From: Chloroflexota bacterium
Lineage (GTDB): Bacteria > Chloroflexota > Anaerolineae > Anaerolineales > UBA11858
Direction: 5' to 3'
DNA length: 47,814 nucleotides
Assembly: GCA_018263575.1 (NCBI GenBank)
Contig: JAANWX010000056.1
Coordinates: forward strand, 1-47,814
Shown here: positions 28,289 to 37,787 of the stretch, in pieces
Numbering within the stretch: position 1 is the stretch's first letter
How the letters are laid out: each line of letters starts with the position of its first letter
The notes under the pieces: model-generated
What the model was told of the DNA's origin: nothing
What the model saw: the letters and a program-made list of their open reading frames with translations, nothing else
Databases searched by the model: none
Program-made: the position numbers and the translations under genes

Positions 28289-29587
28289 TTATGAGTAACG
28301 TATACGGGGGTTTAGAAGCGTATAAGCCAGGTCACCAAGTAAGCGGGTGATAATTGCTATGGCAACAGTTACCATTGCGGCTGCTTCTATGGCGTTGAAA
28401 TCTCCAAAGATAGCTGACTTATAGATGTAATAACCTAATCCTGGGTATCCAAAGATCACCTCTACAACCACCAGTCCTCCTACCAGCCAGTTGACGTGCA
28501 ACATGATGATGGTAATGGGAGCCATGAGCGCGTTGCGTATAGCATGTTTGAGGATGATGCGCGTTTTTGGCATGCCTTTGATGATTGCCGTGCGGATGTA
28601 GTCGGATTCCATGACCTCTACCATGCTAGCCCGTGTCATGCGGGCTATATAACCTAGCTCTACAGCCGTTAAAGTCAGGACGGGTAGTGCCAATAATTTA
28701 GGATTCTCGAATATGGCATCGGCACTAGTAAAGAGTGCCACTGCTGGCAGCCACTTGAGCCAAATACCAAAAATAAGGATCAAAAAGATTCCTGTCACAA
28801 ATTCTGGTGTGGCAGTAGCTCCTAAACTGGTAATGGAAATAAAGCGGTCTAGGGGTTTGCCTTCATTGATACCTGCCAAGATGCCTAAAAAGAGAGCCAG
28901 AGGCATGATCACCGCAAAGGCTACCCCTGCTAGAACGAGGGTGTTGCGTATTCGAGGGATAAGTGTTACGGCTACAGGACGGCCATATTGCAAGGAGATT
29001 CCAGGGTCACCCCGCAGTAAGCCTTTGCGGAGCGGAATGTATTTTTGTGGGCCATCCCCTTCTTTACGCAAGCCAGCTTTGGTGAGGGCCCAGACTTCGG
29101 CCCCTTCCCCTCGCATCCACATGACGGTGTTATTCTTCGTGTCTACCCCCCAGAAATACTCATTGCCTTCTTCGTTTATTTTCCATGCCCCACTGCTTAA
29201 ATGTGAGGTGACGGAACCGTCTTCTTGTCGCTTTAACGTGATTAAGCGACCTTCCTCCATTTTCCAACGGGTTAATTGGCCATCTACATCAGCATACCAA
29301 TCCTTTTCCCCCGTTTGGGGGTTGGTGGCAGTGACCAACGGGTAACCGACCTTGCGCTTTGCCCGCCAGTCGTTGCCAATCAACCAGTCGATATAGCGTT
29401 GCCAGACCGGGGCATCTAAGCCTAATTGGGCACGGTATGAAGCACGTTGTTCTGGGGTAGCGAAAACCCCCAAGATTTTTACAGTGATATCGCCGCTGCC
29501 AACTTCAATGAGCACAAAAAGAGCGATAGAAACCAGGAGCATGGTAACAATGGTTGAAATTATGCTGCGTAAGATAAATCTAGCCAT
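28289..29587 (-). CDS. OppB/DppB-type ABC permease with large extracytoplasmic insertion
   Basis: LGLD.P...RY..W, LRGDPG.S, TRASM....DYIRTA..KG, NPRIR. Confidence 0.92.
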   Translation of the reverse strand: MARFILRSIISTIVTMLLVSIALFVLIEVGSGDITVKILGVFATPEQRASYRAQLGLDAPVWQRYIDWLIGNDWRAKRKVGYPLVTATNPQTGEKDWYADVDGQLTRWKMEEGRLITLKRQEDGSVTSHLSSGAWKINEEGNEYFWGVDTKNNTVMWMRGEGAEVWALTKAGLRKEGDGPQKYIPLRKGLLRGDPGISLQYGRPVAVTLIPRIRNTLVLAGVAFAVIMPLALFLGILAGINEGKPLDRFISITSLGATATPEFVTGIFLILIFGIWLKWLPAVALFTSADAIFENPKLLALPVLTLTAVELGYIARMTRASMVEVMESDYIRTAIIKGMPKTRIILKHAIRNALMAPITIIMLHVNWLVGGLVVVEVIFGYPGLGYYIYKSAIFGDFNAIEAAAMVTVAIAIITRLLGDLAYTLLNPRIRYS

Positions 29588-29609
29588 AACTTAGCTCCTT
29601 GTAAGAAAG

Positions 29610-29761
29610 GTAACCATTCAGCCCCTTCCCCTAGAGCAAACTTCAAAAGTCTCAGAGGATGTTTTAAGAGAAGTTTCATAAACGTTTTTGAACTTATGGG
29701 TCCACCAAGCTCTATTTTGAAGACTTTTGAAGTCTATCTCTTTGGGCTGATGAACGCTTAC
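29610..29761 (-). mobile_element. MITE family A copy (152 bp) with 9-bp target duplication GTAAGAAAG
   Basis: TIRs GTAACCATTCA / TGAACGCTTAC; direct repeats at 29601-29609 and 29762-29770. Confidence 0.88.
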
Positions 29762-29765
29762 GTAA

Positions 29766-29801
29766 GAAAGAGACCCAACTAAGGAAGCTTGGGTCTCTTT
29801 C
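29766..29801 (-). terminator. Hairpin after the substrate-binding protein gene
   Basis: GAAAGAGACCCAA...TTGGGTCTCTTTC inverted repeat. Confidence 0.6.
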
Positions 29802-29818
29802 ATAAGGTAAAAGAGAGT

Positions 29819-31543
29819 TTACTCGTCGATCCAGACTTCGTAGAGCAGGTCGTAGGCTGTGGGGTGGGCTTCGACGTTCTGGAATTTGGAAGCGGTGACA
29901 TTCCAGACGCTCTTCCAGAAGCTGTTGAAGACGGGTCCGCGTTCTTGCATGATGTCTTCGATCTTGCACATCAGGCTGCGGCGGGCTTCAACGTCCAACG
30001 TGCCCTGAGCCTCGCGGAGGATTCCTTCGAACTCTTCATCAAACCAACGAGTCTCATTCCAGGCTCCGATGCTCTCTTCGGTGTAAGCCAACGGCAGGAC
30101 CATAGTGGCCAGCGGTCGGTGTGTCCAGGATGTGATTCCTAGGTCAACCTCAGTCCAGCGATCCCAGTAGCCAGACGGTTCAGTGATGTCCAATTCAATC
30201 TCGAAGCCGGCCGGTTCGGCCAGTTCTTTCAAAGTCTGGGCAATCGCTGGTTCGGCTTGGTCATTCTTGGTGGCCAGGGATACCTTGAGGGGCAGTTCAA
30301 GGCCCTTCTCGGCGGCATATTCTTCGAGTAATGCCTTGGCACCTTCGGGATCGTATTCTGGGATGTCCTTCTCGCAGTAAGCGGGGTGGACAGGGGCCAC
30401 ATGGGCATCTAGGGAGAGGTCACCCTCACCGAAGTAGGCTAGTTGCAAAATCTTGGCCCGATCCTGGCACTTCTTGAGCGCGTTGCGCACGCGTACGTCA
30501 TCCCACGGTTCGAGGTCTACGCGCATGCGGCCAAGTAGACACTGCGCCGTGCTGGCGGGGCGGATGGTCAGGCCATCAACACCCTGGAGGGCTTGGAAGT
30601 CAGTGGGGCGCGGATCGTAGAGCGCGTCCACCTGACCAGATTGTAGTGCGGCTAAACCAGCGTCCTTGTCCGTGGAAACGTAAACTAGTTTATCCAGGTA
30701 AGGGAGTGGTTCCCCGTCACAACCCATCTGCCAATAATCCTCGCGGCGTTGGAAGACAGCTCGCTCGCCCTCAGCATATTCTTCTAAGGTGAAAGCACCT
30801 GTGCCAATGGGCTGTTTGATGATGTCGCCATCGAAGTCGCGATGTAAGATCACGGCTGGATAGTGGAAGAGGTGCTCGGGCACGGCGATATCGCCAAATT
30901 GCAGGTGGAGTTTGATGTGGTAATCATCAACTTTTTCCACGTCTTGCATGCCGCTTAGGTAAGACATCAACCCCAGCATTGAAGAGCCAACATCCGGATT
31001 TAGCCACTCACCAATGGTGAACATGACGTCATCGGCGGTCAGTTCATCGCCATTGTTGAATAAAACGCCTTTCCGCAAGTAAAGGTCCCAGGTCTTGACA
31101 TCCTCACTCGCTTCCCATTTTTCGAGCAAATAGGGGTGGGTGATATTGTCAGAGCCTGTCAGGGTCAGGTATTCATTCGTTTGGCGAACAATGTTGGCGC
31201 CTTCCACCCACGAGAGGCGGGCCGGGTGATCGAGAAGCTGAAGCTGCATGGAAGCTGTCCAAGTGCCACCGCGCTTTACACAAGGAGCGGCCTCTTCTTC
31301 TACAACTTCTTCTTCCTCGGCAGGGGCTTCTTCTACAACTTCTTCCTCGGCAGGGGCTTCTTCCACGGGTTCTTCTGTTTTACATCCGGCTAAGAACGTG
31401 GTAGCGGCAGCGGCCGACATCCCTAATAACGTCGCGTTGCGTAAAAACTCGCGGCGAGTGATTTTCCCTTTTTGGAAAAGGTTTTGTAGTTCAGGGATAT
31501 ACGGATGTGCTACATCTCTGTCTTTCTTCTTGATAATTTCCAT
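29819..31543 (-). CDS. ABC transporter family-5 substrate-binding lipoprotein with Tat signal
   Basis: ITRREFLR, FLAGC lipobox, acidic EEAPAEEEVV repeat linker, PIGTGAF, DVRVRNAL; GAGGAGG RBS before ATG 31543. Confidence 0.92.
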   Translation of the reverse strand: MEIIKKKDRDVAHPYIPELQNLFQKGKITRREFLRNATLLGMSAAAATTFLAGCKTEEPVEEAPAEEEVVEEAPAEEEEVVEEEAAPCVKRGGTWTASMQLQLLDHPARLSWVEGANIVRQTNEYLTLTGSDNITHPYLLEKWEASEDVKTWDLYLRKGVLFNNGDELTADDVMFTIGEWLNPDVGSSMLGLMSYLSGMQDVEKVDDYHIKLHLQFGDIAVPEHLFHYPAVILHRDFDGDIIKQPIGTGAFTLEEYAEGERAVFQRREDYWQMGCDGEPLPYLDKLVYVSTDKDAGLAALQSGQVDALYDPRPTDFQALQGVDGLTIRPASTAQCLLGRMRVDLEPWDDVRVRNALKKCQDRAKILQLAYFGEGDLSLDAHVAPVHPAYCEKDIPEYDPEGAKALLEEYAAEKGLELPLKVSLATKNDQAEPAIAQTLKELAEPAGFEIELDITEPSGYWDRWTEVDLGITSWTHRPLATMVLPLAYTEESIGAWNETRWFDEEFEGILREAQGTLDVEARRSLMCKIEDIMQERGPVFNSFWKSVWNVTASKFQNVEAHPTAYDLLYEVWIDE

Positions 31544-31832
31544 CTGTTTATTCCTCCTCATAGGTAATTTTGTTCTCTTTAGACAATATATGAGCGCCAG
31601 TGTTAAAAGGATTAGCCCAGACAGGCACTAACCAATTACTCTGGCAGCAATACGCGGGAATGTTTTTTCGGTACACCTCCTTTTTTTATTGAATTATGTT
31701 TTTGGGTGATAGTTTAATCTCTGCGGGACAAAGACTTTGGTGGATTAACCTATTATAACATAGTATATCATAAATATATCAAGTGACACAAGTAATATTT
31801 GTGCCTGGCATTTCCATATAGTTGATTAGGTG

Positions 31833-32891
<1,059 letters not shown>

Positions 32892-32910
32892 AAGGGAACA
32901 TTATTGTCTT

Positions 32911-33603
32911 TTACTCGGGCCGGGTGCCAACATACCAGGCATCGCTGTCTTCTCGAATAATGTGCTCGAGGGTAATTTGGCGGGTCTCGTTTACTTCATC
33001 AAGGATGGCTTGTTTAGCGCTTTCTATATCTCCCGCGCGCAAAGCCTCAACCAAACGATGGTGTCTGTTTTCAATTTCATCTCCTGTTTGGATGAAGATC
33101 AAAAAACGGGCCAAGCGTTCATGGAGGCGTTTCAATGTTTCAGCAAGTTCTTGATTTCCGGAGGCTTGGGCAATTAGGTAGTGGAAACGTAGGTTTTCAT
33201 CGAGGTAACGTTCTTGGGATGAGTTCTCGTCTCCAGTATAACCAGCATGCACATTCTCTAATATGGAGAGCTGTTCCTCAGTGATGCGTTGGGCCGCTTG
33301 CTCTACGGAGGCAAGCTCGAGAATCTTCCGCAACTCGAGCATGTCACGTAATTTTTTGAGCGAGACCTTAGCCACGTAGAAACCAGCATGAGGCCGGTTG
33401 ACGACCAGGTTTTCTTGGGTGAGCATTTGCAAAGCTTCTCGCACTGGTGTCACGCTGGTATTGTATTGGGCTGCTAACTCATCCAAGTGAAGTCGCTCTC
33501 CTGGTTTAAGATCATTTGAAATGATAGAACGACGAACATTCCGATAGATTTTATTCTTGGATGTATCGCTGGGGGATGTATCCCCGAGAGGAGAAGTCAT
33601 CAA
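32911..33603 (-). CDS. GntR-family regulator (FCD domain)
   Basis: LKPGERL....LA...TSVTPVREAL; FH..IA.ASGN. Confidence 0.92.
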   Translation of the reverse strand: MMTSPLGDTSPSDTSKNKIYRNVRRSIISNDLKPGERLHLDELAAQYNTSVTPVREALQMLTQENLVVNRPHAGFYVAKVSLKKLRDMLELRKILELASVEQAAQRITEEQLSILENVHAGYTGDENSSQERYLDENLRFHYLIAQASGNQELAETLKRLHERLARFLIFIQTGDEIENRHHRLVEALRAGDIESAKQAILDEVNETRQITLEHIIREDSDAWYVGTRPE

Positions 33604-33659
33604 CTCAGCCTCCGGGTGAAATCATTGTCATACTAAGAAGCGGGGGAGTAGTTACCTAA

Positions 33660-33757
33660 AGTATAAGCAGGAATGTATTTTTTGTCAAGAAAAATATATT
33701 ATGTTGGCCCTAAAATATATTTTAGGCTGTACACCTGAAAGGATAACGCGGTATAAT
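33660..33757. promoter_or_regulatory. Divergent promoters with central 18-bp palindrome
   Basis: Minus strand TTGACA(33683-88)-17-TATACT(33660-65); CCTAAAATATATTTTAGG at 33709-33726; plus strand TATAAT at 33752-57. Confidence 0.65.
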
Positions 33758-33803
33758 TTTAGGGCTTGTACTACATAAATTATCCATATTCAGGAGACGA
33801 AAA

Positions 33804-35246
33804 ATGCCCAAAACACATCAGAAGCGTCAAACCGATGCCCCTTATGCCCGTATGGGCGGGAAAACTAGTGAACAAATTCATTTAGCAAGTTTAGAAATTT
33901 TAGAGCGCGTGGGCATCGAAGTCCACGATGACAAAGCCAGAGAAATACTTGTGGAGGCGGGCGCCACGACCGAAGGTCAGCGTGTTCTTATTCCTGAACA
34001 CCTGGTCAGCTGGGCCTTGGCGGCGACTCCTGGGCGGATTACCCTGTGTGACCGGCACGGTGATGTTGCTATGCGCGCCTGGGGCTACAACACGTATTTT
34101 GGGGGCGGCTCCGATTGTCTCTATGTCCTCGACCACCGCACTGGCGAGCGGCGCAGGGCGGTGATGGAAGATCTTCGGGAAGCAGTGACCCTCATGGACG
34201 CCCTGCCCAACATCGACTTTGTCATGTCCGCCTTTCTGCCCTCCGACGTGGAGCAGCAGGTTTATGACCTTTACCAAATGGAGGCCATTCTCAACCTGAC
34301 CACTAAACCGCTCGTTTTCGTCACTCCCGATTTCGAGGGCTGCGTGACCGCGGTGGAGATGTGTGAGGCCGTGGCCGGCGGGGAGGAGGCCTTTCGCCAG
34401 CGTCCCTTCGCCACCTGTTATATCAACGTCACCTCTGGCCTGGTCGCCAACGAGGAGGCTCTTCAAAAATGTATCTACCTGGCCGAAAAAGGGCTGCCCT
34501 TGCTTTATATCCCCATCAACGCGGCCGGTGTCAACTCCCCCTCCACCCCGGCGGGATGTATGGCCACTTTGAACGCCGGGACCTTGTTGGGCATTGTCTT
34601 GGCACAGCTCGTGCGGGAAGGAACACCTGTGGGCGTGGTGGGCTGGAATGGCGGGACGTATAACCTGAAGACCATGGTCGCAAACTACGTCCTGGCCGAT
34701 GGACTTGGCATGGCAGCCTCGATGGGCAAGTTTTACGACCTCCCCGTTTTTGGGCTGGGCGGCGCGACCGACTCGAAAGTTTTGGACCAACAATGCGCGG
34801 CCGAAACGACCATCAGCCTCTACACCGCCCACCTCAACGGAGCCAACATCATTCACGATTGCGGCTTCATGGACGCTGGCCTTCAAGGTTCGCTGCAACT
34901 CATCACCATCACCAATGACCTGATCGGCTTCATCCGCGCCGCCACGGCCCCGGTGGAGATCAACGCGGAGACCCTGGCCCTGGACGTGGTGGAAGAGCTC
35001 GGACCGGAGGGGAATTATCTGGCCCATGACCATACCTTCGAGCATTTCCGCGACCCCTATTATTCTGAGCTGGCCGATAAACGCCAATATGATTCGTGGG
35101 TCGAGCAAGGAGCCACCACCATGGAAGAACGCGCCGCCGAGCAGGTGGAGAAAATCCTCGCCGAACACGAGCCAGAACCCCTCCCGGACGATGTGCAAAA
35201 AGCGTTGCGTGCGATCGTTGTGCGAGAGGAGGAGGCGGTTGGGTGA
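33804..35246 (+). CDS. MttB-superfamily methyltransferase, non-pyrrolysine, copy 5
   Basis: 480 aa; FGGGSD, GLGGATDSKVLD, HDCGFMD; AGGAG RBS. Confidence 0.9.
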   Translation: MPKTHQKRQTDAPYARMGGKTSEQIHLASLEILERVGIEVHDDKAREILVEAGATTEGQRVLIPEHLVSWALAATPGRITLCDRHGDVAMRAWGYNTYFGGGSDCLYVLDHRTGERRRAVMEDLREAVTLMDALPNIDFVMSAFLPSDVEQQVYDLYQMEAILNLTTKPLVFVTPDFEGCVTAVEMCEAVAGGEEAFRQRPFATCYINVTSGLVANEEALQKCIYLAEKGLPLLYIPINAAGVNSPSTPAGCMATLNAGTLLGIVLAQLVREGTPVGVVGWNGGTYNLKTMVANYVLADGLGMAASMGKFYDLPVFGLGGATDSKVLDQQCAAETTISLYTAHLNGANIIHDCGFMDAGLQGSLQLITITNDLIGFIRAATAPVEINAETLALDVVEELGPEGNYLAHDHTFEHFRDPYYSELADKRQYDSWVEQGATTMEERAAEQVEKILAEHEPEPLPDDVQKALRAIVVREEEAVG

Positions 35247-35250
35247 GTAG

Positions 35251-35658
35251 GGACTGGGAAACTGGGAAACTGGGAGACTGGGAGACTGGAGACTGGGAGG
35301 CTGGGAGACTGGAGACTGGGAGGCTGGGAGACTGGAGACTGGGAGGCTGGGAGACTGGAAACCAGGGAACCAGGTGACCAGGGACTGGGAGACTGGGAAA
35401 CTGGGGCTAGTACATAGCGGCGTAAATTCATTGAGGGTTAATATTTGCGCTCAAGGTGCGCTGCACTCCCGTTTTTTGGAGTGCATTGCACCTTGAAACC
35501 CCAAGGGATTTCCGCCATGGAGTACTAGGAGACTGGGAAACTGGGAGACTGGGAAACTGGGGCATCAGGAAACCAGGGAACCAGGAAACCAGGTGACTAG
35601 GAGACTAGTGACTAGGAGACTAGTGACTAGGAGACTAAAGACCAGGGACTAGGAGACT
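35251..35658. repeat. Short tandem repeat tract (GGGAGACT/GGAGACT/GGAAACT, GACTAG variants) interrupted by a MITE
   Basis: Dozens of degenerate 7/8-mers. Confidence 0.9.
35407..35528. mobile_element. MITE family B (122 bp) with CTAG ends and internal REP hairpin
   Basis: Left end CTAGTACatagcGGCGtAAAT; right end reverse complement CTAGTACtccatGGCGgAAAT; hairpin at 35452-35495. Confidence 0.7.
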
Positions 35659-35689
35659 AATTAGACCAATAAGACCACCGGAGCAAACC

Positions 35690-36931
35690 ATGACCGACAA
35701 AGACCAATTTTTTATGCGCGAAGCCTGGGAATACGATCCCGGCGCCAAGCCAAAACCGGCCCCTGACGCTCACCTGGGCTTCAACACCCGCGCCCTGCAC
35801 ACTGGGTTTGACCCTTTGAAGAGCGTGAAGGATTTTCGTTCCTTTGTGCCGCCCATCACCCAATCCATGACCTATCCCTATGAACGCTTCGAGGAGATTC
35901 CCTATCCGGTTTATGGGCGCACCCAGACTCCCACCACGGCGGTTTTGGAGGAGCGTTTGGCCGCCTTGGAGGGGGGAGAGGCCTGCGTGACGGCTGGTTC
36001 CGGTTCCCAGGCCCTGTTCGACCTCATCTTCACCCTGACCCGGCCCGGCGACAACGTGGTCACCAGCCTCAACATCTATGGGGAGGGATACAAACAAGCC
36101 ACGGCCATTTTCCCGGAGCGCTGCGGAGTGGATTTTCACTTCGTGGACGACCCCGCCGACCCCGCTTCGTGGGATGCCGCCATTGACGACAAAACCAAGC
36201 TGGTGTGGGTGGAGACGCCCAGCAACCCCTGCCTCTTCGTCACCGACATCGCCGCTGTGGCCGATGTAGCCCACGCCAAGGGCGTTCCCCTGCTGGTGGA
36301 TAACACCACCGCCACGGCCGCCCTCCAAAAACCGATCGCCTTGGGCGCGGATATGGTGCTCCTCTCCATCACCAAATTCCTGTGCGGGAACGCCAGCGTG
36401 CTGGGTGGGGCAGTGGTTGGCCCCGAAGCCCTGGTGGAGGATGTGCGCTGGAACACGACCGAGTTCGTCGGCGCGGTCTTGCAACCTTTCGAGGCCTGGT
36501 TGACGCTCCAATTCTTAGAGACTCTCTCCCTGCGCATGGAGCGGCACAGCGCCAACGCCCAACGGGTGGCCGAGTTCCTGGCCGGGCACCCCCGGGTGGA
36601 GCACGTCAACTACCCCGGGCTGGTCGGCCATCCCCAACATGAACTGGCCCAACGCCAAATGCGGGCTGGCGGGGGGATGTTATCCTTCGTCGCCCCGGGC
36701 GGGATGGCGGGGGCCGGGGCCGTGATCGACCGTTTCCAACTCATCACCCACGCCGTCACCTTCGGGACCAGCCGGACGATCTGCATGCATCCCCCCACCA
36801 TCACCCACGAGCACATGACCCCCGAGGAACGCGCCAAGGCCGGTATCGATGACGGCCTGATCCGCCTCTCCGTTGGCCTGGAAGACCCGGACGACCTGAT
36901 CACCGATTTGGATCAAGCCCTGTCTGGCTAA
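35690..36931 (+). CDS. Cys/Met metabolism PLP-dependent lyase (methionine gamma-lyase / cystathionine lyase family), divergent
   Basis: LAALEGGE, WVETPSNP, VDNT, SITK (PLP Lys), YPGL, IRLSVGLED. Confidence 0.88.
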   Translation: MTDKDQFFMREAWEYDPGAKPKPAPDAHLGFNTRALHTGFDPLKSVKDFRSFVPPITQSMTYPYERFEEIPYPVYGRTQTPTTAVLEERLAALEGGEACVTAGSGSQALFDLIFTLTRPGDNVVTSLNIYGEGYKQATAIFPERCGVDFHFVDDPADPASWDAAIDDKTKLVWVETPSNPCLFVTDIAAVADVAHAKGVPLLVDNTTATAALQKPIALGADMVLLSITKFLCGNASVLGGAVVGPEALVEDVRWNTTEFVGAVLQPFEAWLTLQFLETLSLRMERHSANAQRVAEFLAGHPRVEHVNYPGLVGHPQHELAQRQMRAGGGMLSFVAPGGMAGAGAVIDRFQLITHAVTFGTSRTICMHPPTITHEHMTPEERAKAGIDDGLIRLSVGLEDPDDLITDLDQALSG

Positions 36932-36952
36932 ACAGCAGATTTGATTATTGAA

Positions 36953-36991
36953 AGACAAAACCTCGGTTCAGGGAGCCGGGGCTTTTGTTTT
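36953..36991 (+). terminator. Rho-independent terminator
   Basis: ACAAAACCTCGGTTC-AGG-GAGCCGGGGCTTTTGTTTT. Confidence 0.7.
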
Positions 36992-36998
36992 AAAGGCC

Positions 36999-37057
36999 TT
37001 GACAAAAAGTCCTGATTCCTTGATAATTTCCTAAAGAACATAATATCAGATAATATG
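36999..37057 (+). promoter_or_regulatory. Sigma70-type promoter plus inverted repeat overlapping the FadR start
   Basis: TTGACA-17-GATAAT; CATAATATC-A-GATAATATG at 37039-37057. Confidence 0.6.
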
Positions 37058-37753
37058 ATAAATAAAACCTCTCCCCCTTTCCAAAGAAATACCCTTGTCG
37101 ACAATGTCACCGCTGAACTGCGGCGCATGATCCTGGAGCAAGAGATCATGCCGGGAGAATTTTTGCCAGCCCGCAAGGATTTGGCTGCCCGGTTTGGTGT
37201 CGGGCTTTCCACTATTCAAGAAGGCATACAGGCCCTGGCCGCGGTCGGGATGCTCGAGTCACGCCCCGGAAAAGGGACTTGGGTGCGTGAGGACACCCTG
37301 GATATGCTCATTCATCCCACCACGGTGGAAACTCGTTTGGGTGAGTTGGATATCCAGCAACTCTACGACGCCCGTCTGGTGGTTGAGGTTGGCCTAGCGG
37401 AACTCGCTGCCCAAAACGCCAAACCAGAAGACATCCAAAAAATCCAGGATGCCTTAACGGCCTTGGAAGATTCTCAAGGGGATGATGAGGCCTTCATTGC
37501 CGCCGATCTGGCTTTTCACATCGCGGTAGCCCAGGCCGGGCATAACAAATTATTGGAGCAGTTTTATCACCTTTCCCGCAAACTATTGGAAGAGGTGATC
37601 GCTGAGTTAATCAAACTGCCCTCTGTGAAAGAAAATGGTATACGCATTCAGGGTGAAATTGCCCGGGCTATTCAAGACGCGGATGTTGAGCAAGCACGTC
37701 GAGCCACCCTTGACCACATGGAGATTATTAAAGATCTTATTAAGAAACTATAG
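37055..37753 (+). CDS. FadR/GntR-family regulator
   Basis: PGEFLP...LA.RFGV...IQEG...L...G.LESRPGKGTWV; AD..FH..VA.A.HN. Confidence 0.92.
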   Translation: MINKTSPPFQRNTLVDNVTAELRRMILEQEIMPGEFLPARKDLAARFGVGLSTIQEGIQALAAVGMLESRPGKGTWVREDTLDMLIHPTTVETRLGELDIQQLYDARLVVEVGLAELAAQNAKPEDIQKIQDALTALEDSQGDDEAFIAADLAFHIAVAQAGHNKLLEQFYHLSRKLLEEVIAELIKLPSVKENGIRIQGEIARAIQDADVEQARRATLDHMEIIKDLIKKL

Positions 37754-37787
37754 TGGACGAGTCTTATTCCTAAGGAGAGATGAGAGT

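Noticed and set aside
31290-31363. 27-30 bp tandem repeat as a mobile or contingency locus
   Set aside because: It encodes an in-frame acidic linker after the lipobox, which is common in such lipoproteins.
33900-35198. Long antisense ORFs (432 aa here; also 35657-36511 and 42505-43527)
   Set aside because: They are shadows of GC-rich genes on the opposite strand and carry no recognisable motifs.
35251-35658. CRISPR array
   Set aside because: Units are 7-8 nt degenerate tandem repeats with no unique spacers, and no cas genes are present.
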